A stretch of DNA of 64,000 nt from Hypanus sabinus (lineage: Eukaryota). The notes under the pieces were generated by a model. It made no database searches. It worked only from the letters and a program-made list of their open reading frames with translations, and was not told the origin of the DNA. Numbering within the stretch: the first letter of the stretch is position 1; every line of letters begins with the position of its first letter. The position numbers and the translations under genes are program-made. Of the stretch, positions 52,093 through 63,013 are shown one piece after another. The DNA is taken from NCBI RefSeq assembly GCF_030144855.1, contig NC_082720.1, positions 77,500,001 through 77,564,000 of the forward strand, read 5' to 3'.

Positions 52093-52890
52093 CAGGGGTC
52101 GGCAACCTTTACCACTGAAAGAGCCATATGGACCCGTTTCCCACAGAAAAGAAAACACTGGGAGCCACAAAACCTGTTAGACATTTAAAATGAAATAACA
52201 CTGCATACAACTTTTTTTTGCCTTTATGCTATGTATAAACAAACTATAATGTGTTGCATTTATGAAATTGATGAACTCCTGCAGAGAAAACAAAATTACA
52301 TTTCTGCATGCAACAAAAAACATTTTGAACTCCGAAAAAAAGACGTTGGGTTGAAGGTTACTCCATAGGTAACCTACCTTGGATCGAAAAATTAAAAGAA
52401 ATCGCGCACTGGTGGGTGTCAGGCATTAGCAGTGGTGACGTATATTAATAGCGATAAAAAACATGTTGTAGCGGTGTGCTAAACGCAGCGCTAAAATAAC
52501 GACACAGAGTCGGTAAACTGCAGTCAAAGATAACTTTATTCGAACTTAACAGCCTTGCTTTAAAGCCTCCCTCAACCCGCCCCCCGTGGGTGCGGATGCT
52601 CCAAAAGACACGTACTCACAAATCCCCGTAGGCTATCTCCCTTAGCCAGAACGCTGGCTAATTGTGAGCCGGTTCGGATGTGCCAGGAAATGGGGCCGCC
52701 ACAACGTTTTATTTAGATTGTACAGGATCACCATAAACTTCAAATTTCGAATTACATTTCAAAAACTAACAAACTAACATAAAATACATTTTAATTAAAT
52801 ACATCATTTATTTTCCAAAGCCACAGGGAGCCGCAGCACAGAGAAGAAAGAGTCGCATGCAGCTCCGGAGCCGCGGGTTGCTGACCCCTG
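52093..52890. mobile_element. Non-autonomous hAT (Charlie-type) DNA transposon, 798 bp
   Basis: 15-bp TIR CAGGGGTCGGCAACC / GGTTGCTGACCCCTG (1 mismatch); perfect 8-bp TSD GTCTAGAC (52085-52092, 52891-52898). Confidence 0.93.
52467..52703 (-). mobile_element. Solo LTR (Gypsy-like), 237 bp, inside the hAT element
   Basis: TG...CA ends with short inverted termini TGTAGCGG / CCGCCACA; 4-bp TSD ATGT/ACGT (one CpG transition); AATAAA on - strand at 52535-52540; GC box. Confidence 0.7.
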
Positions 52891-53237
52891 GTCTAGACAG
52901 CAGATGTGGAAAGGATGTTTCCCAAGTTGGAGTCTAGGTCAAGAGGGCACAGTCTCAGAATAGAGGGGCATCCATTTAAAACAGAGAAATGGCGAAATGT
53001 CTTTAACCAGAGGTTGATAAATTTGCGGAATTTATTACCACATCCAGCTGTAGAGTCCAGGTCGTTTGGTGTATTTATGGCAGAGTTTGATAGGTTCTTG
53101 ATTGGGCATGGCATTAAAGGTTATGGGGAGAAGGTCAGGGAGTGGGGCTGAGGAGGGGAAAAAAGGATCAGTCATGATTGAATAGAGGAGCAAACTCGAT
53201 GAGCCAAATGGCCTAATTCTGCTCCTATGTCTTATGG

Positions 53238-54228
53238 CAGGGATGGCCAACCTTTTACATTCAATGCATCAACTTTTTTTCACGAATGAGTTAAGATGCG
53301 CCGTGCAACTTTTGTACCCCCATTCAATTCTTGTAAAAATATGTTAATATAGACATATTTAGCATATTGATTTAATATAAAAACAAGATGAACGTTACTT
53401 ATCTTAATGAGACTTTTAACAAATATATTTTCTTTTGATTTATTCCTTTTTCTTAATCACATATTCTTTCTGTAACTCAGACCCAAGCACTAGCTTCAGT
53501 TTTCCTTCTATTTCAGTCTGATGTTGTGTTTTAGTGTCTATTATGTGAGAAAGTGTTTTCACAAACAATGCACAACAGTTTTCCTGACAGACCCACTATA
53601 AATAAGAACTCATTTTCTCGCTGTTCATTGAATTCACGCTTACTATCACTTTCTGCTTTTATTTTGCTCATTTTCTTTTGCACTGTGATGAGTAACTGAA
53701 AGTAAAAACGGCTTAATTTTCGAAAAAGTACAAAACTGCCAATGTTCACAAAGGAGAAACAAAGCACAACCCCATAGCGCATGAGTGTCAATTATAAACT
53801 GACTGGCAAAAACCTGAGACACACTGCTGGTGCAGACGCCTGGTGCCTCAGGAACAAACATGTATTGAACAGTTATACAATGACTGCAGAACAAAAGTCC
53901 TTCTTTCCTCGTTTGACTCATTGAACATTTTTTTAATTGCAAACAGACTAATGTGAAAGAAGATAACTTTCGCCAAAAGATGTGCACAAAATAATAAAAT
54001 CGCTAAAAATAATTACTGAGTTTTAGATTTATTCTCAGTAAAACCCATTTCTAGCTCTAAGCTACTTGAATTCCTGTTATAGATTTTTTTTCTACAAATC
54101 GGTTTTTGGTTAATACTTTTTGCATGAGTAGACTTACTTTGTTATTATTATCACTGGGGTACAATGCGCCACTTCTAATCATCCAATGTGCCACTTTTAG
54201 CGTATGCACCATTGGTTGGCCATCCCTG
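53238..54228 (-). mobile_element. hAT (Charlie/SPIN-like) deletion derivative, 991 bp, with transposase N-terminal remnant
   Basis: Perfect 15-bp TIR CAGGGATGGCCAACC; flanking TCTTATGG 8-mers; ORF 53531 MSKIKAESDSKREFNEQRENEFLFIVGLSGKLLCIVCENTFS resembles the SPIN/GTF2IRD2-type N-terminal zinc finger. Confidence 0.88.
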
Positions 54229-55694
54229 TCTTATGGTCCTGTGGTTTTATAGTAGACAATTAACCCATCTACCTATATGGAAATCCAAATCCCTAAAACT
54301 TGTACCTAATGCCTAAAATTCATATGGTAACAGAATGTGAAAGCTCCACACAACACCTGAGGTCAGGGGCAAACCTGGGACATAGGAACTCTGAGGCAAC
54401 AACTCTAGTAGTAAATGAGTCACCCACGACCACTCTGATACTCATTTAGCTTCCATGAGTATCCTCCACATAGCTTGTCTTCTCAACTGCTGTGTATTGC
54501 TGGCAAACCTAGATATATCAGACCAGGTTCCTTCATAAATTGCAAGCAGAAATATAGCTGAACTTTTCTACTGCTTGTAAATTTACGTAACTGAATATGA
54601 CTTGCTCTGTGTTATAGTAATCCAGCAGGCATTTAATATTGTTCACATTTCCATTTAATGAAAACACCATATCGGCACTGTTAATACCATAGAAATGACT
54701 TTGGGAAATCTATTAGAAAGCTTATGTACCTTGCATAAATATTATTCATCTAATTATACTTAGGATTATATGCTCCACTGATAGATTCTATCTGCTTTTC
54801 TGCTGCTGATGTCAGGCTAATAGACCTTTCCATTATTGTTTCCCCTTTTGTGAAAAGGCAGTTCTGTTGTCTGACTATCAAAACACAACTTGAATCGATG
54901 TAATTGTGTCAAATCAGTGCATTAGTCTGTCTTAAAACCTTGGAACATGGCTTAACAGATTTGAGGGGATTTATCAGCTTTAATATCACTACTTTTTTTT
55001 AACTATTATTTTAAATTGCTACTCTCATTACAGCCTTGATTTCCATTTTTACCGTATGTATTTTATCTTCTGTAAGGATAGTTGCAAAATATATTCATTG
55101 TAATTTGTTCTTTGTTTTTAAAAGTACCAAAAAGTATCTGTTTTTACATCAGTTCTTTTGTCCTCTATTGATTTCCAAAACCTTCCAATGCCCTAAGGCC
55201 CATTATACATTTTGGCCACATCCTGCTTTTAATTTTCTTGTCGTTGCTGGTAGGGCCACCTTTCCTGCGGTATTTTTATTCTTGCAGGCATGTGTGTACA
55301 TTATTTATTTCAATGTTTGCTTTTGCTCATCTGTTTTTGTTATAATTTTCCAGGTAATCTTAACAGTATATATTTGTAGCAAGGTGGGTCATAAATTTAT
55401 ACAAACTCTGACTTGTTTCCATATGTCTATATCTGAAATTCATCACATCTTGATCACTTTTCCTTGAGCAAATCATTGTGAATTTTCATGAAAAATATTC
55501 TAATAACAGTGAAGTTCGAAGGTTGACTGTTGTTGTATTCAGAACAAATTAACTGTGTTTATGTAAGCAGGTTTATTTTTCAAATTTTATAAAGTTATCC
55601 AAAAAATGCAACTTTGTAGTTTGAAGATGGAGTTCATACTATATAGCTAATGGCATCTGCAAATTGTATTATCAAATTCATAGTCCTGTTCTAA

Positions 55695-56285
55695 TATCAT
55701 AAGATGTGCAGAATTAAGCCATTCAGCCCATTGAGTCTGTTTGCCTTTCGATCATAGCTGATATATTATTCTCTCTCAATCCTGTTCTCCTACCTTCTCC
55801 ATGTAACCCTTGACACCTTACTAATCAACAACTTATCAACCTCTGTTTTAAATATACCCAATAACTTTGCCTCCACAGCAGTCTGTGGCAATGAATTCCA
55901 TAGATTCACCATTTATTGCTGAAGTAATTTCTCCTCATCTCTGTTCTAAAGGGATGCCCTTTTACTGAGGTTTTGCTTTCTGGATCTGGACTTTCCCACT
56001 ACTGCAAATACCTCTCCACATCCACTATATATAGGCCTTTCAATATTCTGTAGATTTTAATGAGATCCCCCATCTCCATCCTTCTGGGCTCCAGTGAGTA
56101 AAGAGCTTCACTCGTCATATTATAATTCTTTCATCCTTCAGTTCATTTTCGTGAACATCCTCTGGACCATCTCTGATGTGAGCATATCCTCTGTTGGATG
56201 TGGCCCAAAGCTACTCATAATACTTCAAATGTGGTCTGCTCAATGCCTTATAAAACCATAGCATTGCATAAATGCTTTTATTGTT
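55695..56285 (-). mobile_element. CR1 3' fragment
   Basis: Same 3'UTR and RT end as the other CR1 copies (GAATTCCATAGATTCACC; CTCATCTCTGTTCTAAA). Confidence 0.8.
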
Positions 56286-56288
56286 ATG

Positions 56289-56557
56289 TCACAGTGGCGT
56301 AGTGGTTAGCGCAAAATGATAAAAGCTCGGGGCACCTGAGTTCAGAGTTCAGTTCCATCTGAGAAATCTGTATGTATGTCATTCCTGTAGAATACATGGG
56401 CTTTCCCTGGGTCCTCTGTTTCCTCACACAGTCCAAAGACATGCTGATTAGTAGGTTAAATTTGCCATTATAAATTGTCCCATGATTAGGCTAGGGTTAT
56501 ATCGGAGTTCGTTGGTGTAGCTCGAAGGGCTGCGCTGTATTCTGCGCTGTATCTCAG
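56289..56557 (+). mobile_element. tRNA-derived SINE (related copies ~24290-24450, 27485-27730, 54245-54430)
   Basis: A-box GTGGCGTAGTGG, B-box-like GAGTTCAGTTCC; body CACAGTCCAAAGACATG; tail CTGTATCTC. Confidence 0.7.
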
Positions 56558-58779
56558 TAGATACATTTTCCACTCCTATTTGATTTATAATATTCTGTAA
56601 GATGCTCTCCTGGCCTCTGGAAAAGCCTGGCTTCCTCTTGCACTTGTAATTTCCGTAAGTACAATGAAACCAGTGGTAGTTACGTACCATCCACTCAGTT
56701 ATTCTATTCCACTCCAATATTTATAGTGTCATATCATGTTTTCTTTGGCATTGACTGTCAGTTTTGAGAATGGTCCATTTTTTTCAGAGCATAAAAAACA
56801 CCTGGAAATTAAGATTATGTATGTAGCATGGAAATGTGACATTAAGTTGATCTCTACTTTTTCTAATAGTTAATGTTAGAAAATATTAGGACAAATATGT
56901 GGGACATTAAGCTTAGCTGATAATTGACCTGTTGGAATCTGGTCACTAATGTAGTATGACATGATCACCGGGTCTGAGACCATTCTCATTGTCTGGCTAA
57001 TATTTAGCTCTTAGTCCTCAGATATGTGATATAGAAAGATATATTTTCAAATAAATGAGTATGAAGTTTCACTGACGTAACCTCCCCGATGTTAAAACAG
57101 TTTATGAACATATACTCTCTGAACCTTTAATGTTGCACCTTATAGCGTATGTTGGGTATCAATTCTTCATTATCAAAAATGGATGACTTAATATTTCTTG
57201 TTTAGTGGCCATGTGCTTAGCAAATTCCTGACTTTCCTCTGTCAGTTGATTTAATGTTTCCTGCAGATTTTGAGGTTATGTCATATTTATCCAAATATGT
57301 ATGCACTACTAACATTGTCATGCATTTATCTTGCTTTTGTTTTCTGCCTTGAGTCAATGTTCATAATTTGCAGGGATTCTTGATACTTTTGAAAGATCAT
57401 TTGCACATTAATACACTAGCTTCATTAGCCTCTGCCATTTAAGCACTTTTAAAATGCAATTCTTTTAGTAGTTGGTGACCGTTTTTGGATGTCTTACAGT
57501 TTTCGTATGCTATATTAAAGCAAGGCTTTCATTTTGCTATTCCCAGAATCTGCATACCTGAAGGAAATTGTGGCTCATTTTGTCCTTGTATACCATTTGG
57601 ATTTCATTATGCTGAAGAGAAAGTTCCTCAAACTCTCTGCTCTCTTATTGATCATGAAGTTTCATGCTTTGGCACATCACTAAAGAATCTAAATAATGAG
57701 ATGAAATATCAATCCTTAGTTGAGAACTTCGGAACTTTTCTCCTTCTTTTGATACTTTAGTCTGTCCTAGTCAGACTAGGTAGTGTAGTTTATCTGTTCA
57801 TTTGGCATTTTAGCTGAAGAACTGGTGACTTTACAAAACTGCCTCATCAATTCAGTATTGCTGCAGTAAGGCAAAAGTATAAACTTTATTAAAATGTGCA
57901 GAGCCATTTTAACTATTGCATTCCAAATTGTTTTCATTAATTTTCAAATGATACTTTAGCAGTTATTTCTGTGGATGATCATTCATTGTCCAACTTGTAT
58001 GGTGATACTTTAGAGTGGAATGTGGAAGGTAGTTACCACCATGGCAATCGAGCGCAAAATCTAAACTAGATAGGATGGAATTATCAAGCAAGTAGAAATC
58101 ACTAAATCTGATGAAATAATATACTTAGTTCAGGACGTTGTGAAAAGCACATGAATGCAATGAGAGTCCTTATGACAAAAGCCTTGAGTTATTGTCTGCT
58201 TTGCAGATGTTGCTAGATTGCTACCTGATTAGCAACCTTGGGAAGCACAGTATATTCTGGCCTAAAAGCTGTACATATTGTTCACCAACTGGGTGGAGGA
58301 AGCTTCATTAAGGCATTGAAAATTTGTTTTGAAATTTGAGATGGGTGAAGTTGCAAGATAATGACTTTAAATATGTTGAATTCTAACGTTCCTTTGTCAT
58401 CTTCAGAATACTTTTCTCTGGTTTTACTATAGTTTCATGAAAGGGATGCCCCAGTTGTAGCTGTTGTGTAACTGGGTTTCTTATTTCTTTAAGACTGCAG
58501 AAGAAAATTCCTTTTTGGTTAGAAGAGATGTGACGGGAGGGTGGCTTTCAGATCACTGAATCCTTTTACGATTGCTTCACACACACTGAGTAAGTATATA
58601 CTGAAGCCTTTTACGATTGCTTCGCACATTGGGTTAGTGCAGGTAACATGATTGAGATGGGATGCAAGGACCTGACTCTAAGCTGTATAATAATCTGCTT
58701 CCTTTTCCTTTGAGTTTCCATTTATGATCAAAATCTTACCTTTTACTAAAATGATCGCTGAAAATGTCACAAAAATATT

Positions 58780-59080
58780 AATTGCCTGTTGAGGACATCT
58801 TATGCCTCACAAAAGCAGCATTCATCATTAAAGCTCTCACCATCTGGGATATGCCCTGTTTGAGTTACTGCCATGGAGGGAGGCACAGGAGCCTGAAGAC
58901 CCACAGTCAATGTTTTAAGAACAGCTTCTTCCCCTCTGTCATCAGATCTGTGGGTCATGAGTACCACCTTATGATGTCTTTTGCATTAACTGTTTTTGTA
59001 ATTTATAATTACTTTGCCTTGCTTCAAAACAACAAATGTCTCCACATATATCAGTGATAATAAATCTGATTCTGAAAATC
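58780..59080 (+). mobile_element. Rex1/Babar-type LINE 3' end
   Basis: ORF 58782 (CLTKAAFIIK...GRHRSLKTHSQCFKNSFFPSVIR); tail AATAAATCTGATTCTGA. Confidence 0.7.
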
Positions 59081-60011
59081 CTTGCACTTCGTGGAATTAT
59101 TTTGTGAACTAAGAGTAGGTGGATTCTGGAAATGCAGATTTTTACAAAACAGAAAGTAAACATAAATCATAAGATGTATTTTTAAGATGCAGAGAATTTT
59201 TACTGACATTTCTAGGATTGATAATGTTAATTTTATGTGGGGTACTAGCATATTTATTGTGGCCATTTTGTTAAGTTGCTCATTAATGCAAACATCTAAT
59301 CAGCCAATCGTGGCAATACTTAAATGCATAAAAACATGCAGATATGGTCAAGGGGTTCAGTTGCTGTTCAGACCAAACATCAGAATGGGGAATCAACACG
59401 TACAAGTAAGCTGGATGAACTCAGCAGGTCGGGCAGCATCCGTTGAAACGAACAGTCAACGTTTTGAGCCGAGTGATATAAGAGACTGACCGTGGAGTGA
59501 TTGTTGGTGCCATACGGGGCAAACTACTGATCTCTTGGGATTTTCACGCACAGTAGTCTCTATAGAGTAAACAAAAACATCCAGTGAGTAGTAGTTCTGT
59601 GGGTGAAAATGCATTGTTAGTGAGAGGTCAGTAGAATGGCCAGATTGGTTCAAACTGACAAAAGTTAACAGTAACTCTATTAACCACTCATTACAAAAAG
59701 TGGTGTGCAAAAGAGCATCTCTGAAAGCACAGCATGTCATGCCACGAAGTGGATGGGCTACAGCAGCAGAAGACCATACCAGTTTTCACTTCTGTACCTC
59801 TTCTCACTACTACAAAAGAACTTGGGTCCAACACCACCCGGTTCAGGAACACTTATTACTCTACAACCATCAGGCTCCTGAATGAACTAGTGACAACTTC
59901 ATTCATCACTATTCTGAACTGATTCTACGACCTATAGACTCACTTTCAAGTATTCTTTACAACTAATGTTTTTAGTTTTTTTTGCAGTTTGTCGTCTTTT
60001 GTATATTGGCT

Positions 60012-60152
60012 GTGCCACCTTGTACTCCTTCCCTTCACTCCTTTTTCAGACTTCTACCCTGTTCCTGTCCACTCCTGATGAAAGGTTTTGGCCCGAAACA
60101 TCGACTGTTTATTCCACCCCATATTTGTTGAGTTCTTCCAGAATTTTGCATG
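60012..60152 (+). mobile_element. Penelope-like 3' terminal fragment nested in a LINE 3'UTR (~59810-60280)
   Basis: CCTGATGAAAGGTTTTGGCCCGAAACATCGACTG...TGAGTTCTTCCAGAATTTTG. Confidence 0.75.
60070..60107 (+). ncRNA. Minimal type I hammerhead ribozyme motif (Penelope-associated; activity untested)
   Basis: CACTC-CTGATGA-AAGG TTTTGG CCC-GAAAC-ATC-GACTG: intact CUGAUGA and GAAA cores, imperfect stem I and stem II, UH cleavage site. Confidence 0.65.
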
Positions 60153-60619
60153 TTTGTCAGTCTTTGTTTATGTAGTTTTTTTTTCATAAAATTGTATTTT
60201 TTCTCTCTATAAATGCCTGCAAAAAATCCAAGTAGTATATGGTAGCATACACATACTTTAATAAATCTACTTTGAATGCTAATATTAGTATTTTCTCAAT
60301 TTCTTGTTAAAGGGATGTGCTAAAATCCTGAAACACTTGTTGACTTTTATTTTCTCAAAATATTCAGTCTTGTTAGTTGTAAAATTATTCAATCTGCCCC
60401 AGGTTAGTCTGCATCTTTCTCAGTGGCATTTTGTACTATACGTTAGATCTTTTTACAATAATTAGTCCATCACACATAGGCTGACTTGTCTATGAATACT
60501 TGTCCTTTCTAAAAAAAAAAGTTAAAAATGTAGCTGTTTTTCAATTGTATGGTACTAAATCTGCAGTTGGTGGATTGAGAAATAATGTTTAGATTCTCAG
60601 CACTCTCCTCTCTTAACAA

Positions 60620-61539
60620 TCTGGGATATACTTTGGGACTACTCTTAAACAACAAAAACTAACAGAAATTTGCTGGATTTCCTTCATTTATTTGGATACT
60701 TTGACGCTTAATTGGAGCAGAAGACTGTTGTCAAACAACTTCTATCTAGTGTAGTTATGTGCACGTGTAGCCATTTAGACACTACACCATGGTTAGAGCA
60801 AACAGTTTTTAAATAGCGCTAGGTGCATGTATTTGTATTCAAAATACAGTGATTTCTAACATTGAAGTTGGCAAAAATATAACCAGTAGGACAATTCTGA
60901 ACTATTTTACTCACCGGATCCAAGCATTCAGGCTGGAGATGCCAGAAATGCCCGGGAGTGAAATTGAAACGATTTCACTACTTCAAGTTAAGAACTATGA
61001 AGGAGTTGAAGGAATCAACACTCATCTTGAATGTTGCAATGAAAATGAAGATTTAGAGGATGCAACTGTGTTTTATTTTAACTAGCATCATTGCTGCCAT
61101 CAGACACTACATCATGCTTGGAACAAACAGTTTTTAAATAGCGTCTGTTGCGTAAGCTTCTGTTACGTTATTCATTTGGGTCGATCTACACCAAATTGAA
61201 AGGCAATGATTTTTGATGCTACTTGTTGGAAGAAGGCAATGAAGGTAGTGCATTATCTACACTAATTTTGTTCATTTACAGTCAATCCAAAGAACTCAAT
61301 GTATTCCTCTGATAATTATTAGGAGCTAATACAGTTTTATAGTATTATAGTAATGTCGGTAGTATTCTATTTTGCTCTGTATTTCATTTAAACGCAATTT
61401 GTTACTCAGTTAAATGGTAGTTTGTCTTTTTTAAATACCTTTTCAACTATTTCCATGAAATTTTGGCCAATTGGGGCAACTGCTTAATTAGGCCAAAATG
61501 TACTGGTCTTTATGTTTCCTAGTTATCCAGAATCCAATG
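60620..61539 (+). mobile_element. Tigger-like DNA element copy D
   Basis: ORF 60849 is paralogous to ORF 5929; right TIR CCTAGTTATCCAGAATCCAATG|TA. Confidence 0.75.
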
Positions 61540-62844
61540 TATTTGATCTCAGGTAATCAATGTAATCAATGTAAGATTACCTTAGGTAATCTTAGGTAGC
61601 CAATGGAGATGCTAGAAATTTTAAATAAAAGCATTGTTTTAGATTATTTGTGAATCATACTTTCATTAACCAGAGTTAACTCTTTCGCCATAGATACTAT
61701 CTCGCATGCTGAATATTTCAAGTTTTACTCTTTATGGCAATTTATCTACTTTAAAGAGATACTATGTTTAATATTTCTCATGTTGATGCCTCCCAAGTTT
61801 TCACATTCTTCAAACAACACACACAAAATGCTGGTGGAACAGGCCAGGCAGCATCTATAAGGAGAAGCACTGTCGACATTCACAGTTTTCAGTTGTGTTG
61901 TGTACACAGATGCAGATTAGAGTAATGATTGCTCTACTGGATAAAGGTTGGAGTGGAGAAATGAATGCTATTGTCAATGTAGCATAGATGAGAGTTCTGC
62001 CCTCACTACTTCCCCCCTCCCCCTCCCCATCACCCCCTGCCCTCATAATAATATGGAACTAGATAATAAGTAATTCTTCTACATCCTCCTTTGGAATTGG
62101 AATTACTATCTGAAGAATTCCTATGCTCCATAACGGTTTCAAATGAAGGGCCAATTTAGTAGTTCAAGCATTCTAGAGTCTTGAATTAAGAGTTGAGTGC
62201 AGACAGAGCATACAGTTGCACACAGAAGCATTACTGTTGAAAGATTACACTTAAAACTTGGTCAATGCCCCTTTGCCAGTTTTAAAAAAAGCAGTAATGT
62301 GCTTTTATTATTTTTAAATGTCTCAAACAGAAAAAGGCAGTCAAAAACTTTATCGAAAAAAAGTGAATTAAATCTCTTAAGATTAAAGTTTGGCTACATT
62401 TTCAGAATTACACATATCTTTAATGACAAATGATAAACATTAGAGAGGAAATATATTTTCCCCTCTTGCTTAATAATTGCATTCTTCCAGTACCTGATTT
62501 ATAAGGTGCAATATATGAGAGATCATTTATCCATTGTAAATTAAATGGAATCTCAATAGGGTATTCTTATTTCATCTGTATGTGATCAGGGGGTCATGGA
62601 ATTATTTTCTTGATGGCTGTTACCTAGCATATTTCAGTTTGTGTTTAAATAGGGAAGGAAAAGCTTGATTTAAAGCAAGTTGTTTCCAAATGTGTATTGA
62701 TGATTAAGTTTTTTTTAATGTATGCATTTATGTAGCATTTGGTGAACATACCAAATTCAAGAGTTGAAGGTTGTAAGATGTAATTCATGTGCCATCTACA
62801 TTTGTGTGAAAGGAGACCTAGCTCTTTTTTTTCTTTTCAGCAAC

Positions 62845-62970
62845 ATGAACCGAGAAGATAGAAATGTACTACGAATGAAAGAACGAGAGCGGAGAAATCA
62901 AGGAATTCAGCAGAATGAAGAGACTTTCTCTGGAAATTCCCCTCTCTTTGCTGAGCCGTATAAAGTACAG
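62845..62970 (+). CDS. AFF4: AFF4 (AF4/FMR2 family member 4, super elongation complex scaffold), first coding exon: [40 protein letters not shown](VQ)
   Basis: Acceptor TTTTCTTTTCAG|CAACATG (exon starts 62841); N-terminus matches AFF4, including the LFAEPYK P-TEFb/cyclin T1-binding segment; the donor is at 62965 or 62971; the gene continues beyond the window. Confidence 0.95.
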
Positions 62971-63013
62971 GTACAGTAAATATGGGTGAGCAAAGCTAAT
63001 AATTATCCTTAAA

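Larger units (their letters stand above)
47950..53237 (+). mobile_element. Near-full-length decayed CR1: ORF1 (coiled coil plus SGNH/GDSL esterase, ~48130-48965), ORF2 (APE endonuclease plus RT, ~49140-53150), 3'UTR
   Basis: QLQLLEDHIRDLEQQLDD; DVLVHTGNND; FLDHWDLFWG and DRLHLN (ORF1); MAFTESWL...QRDRKVGRGGGVALLVK...ESLWVEL (EN); RT motifs at 50.3-52.1 kb. The 5' boundary is approximate. Confidence 0.85.

Noticed and set aside
44155-53237. Reverse transcriptases as a retron/DGR/prokaryotic defence system or an active element
   Set aside because: The motifs are CR1 non-LTR type in spliceosomal-gene introns, with many stops and frameshifts.
58556-58628. CRISPR-like direct repeats
   Set aside because: Only two units, a eukaryotic context and no cas genes.
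62764-62844. N-terminal extension in ORF 62764
   Set aside because: Starts at TTG and runs through the polypyrimidine tract and acceptor, so it is intronic.
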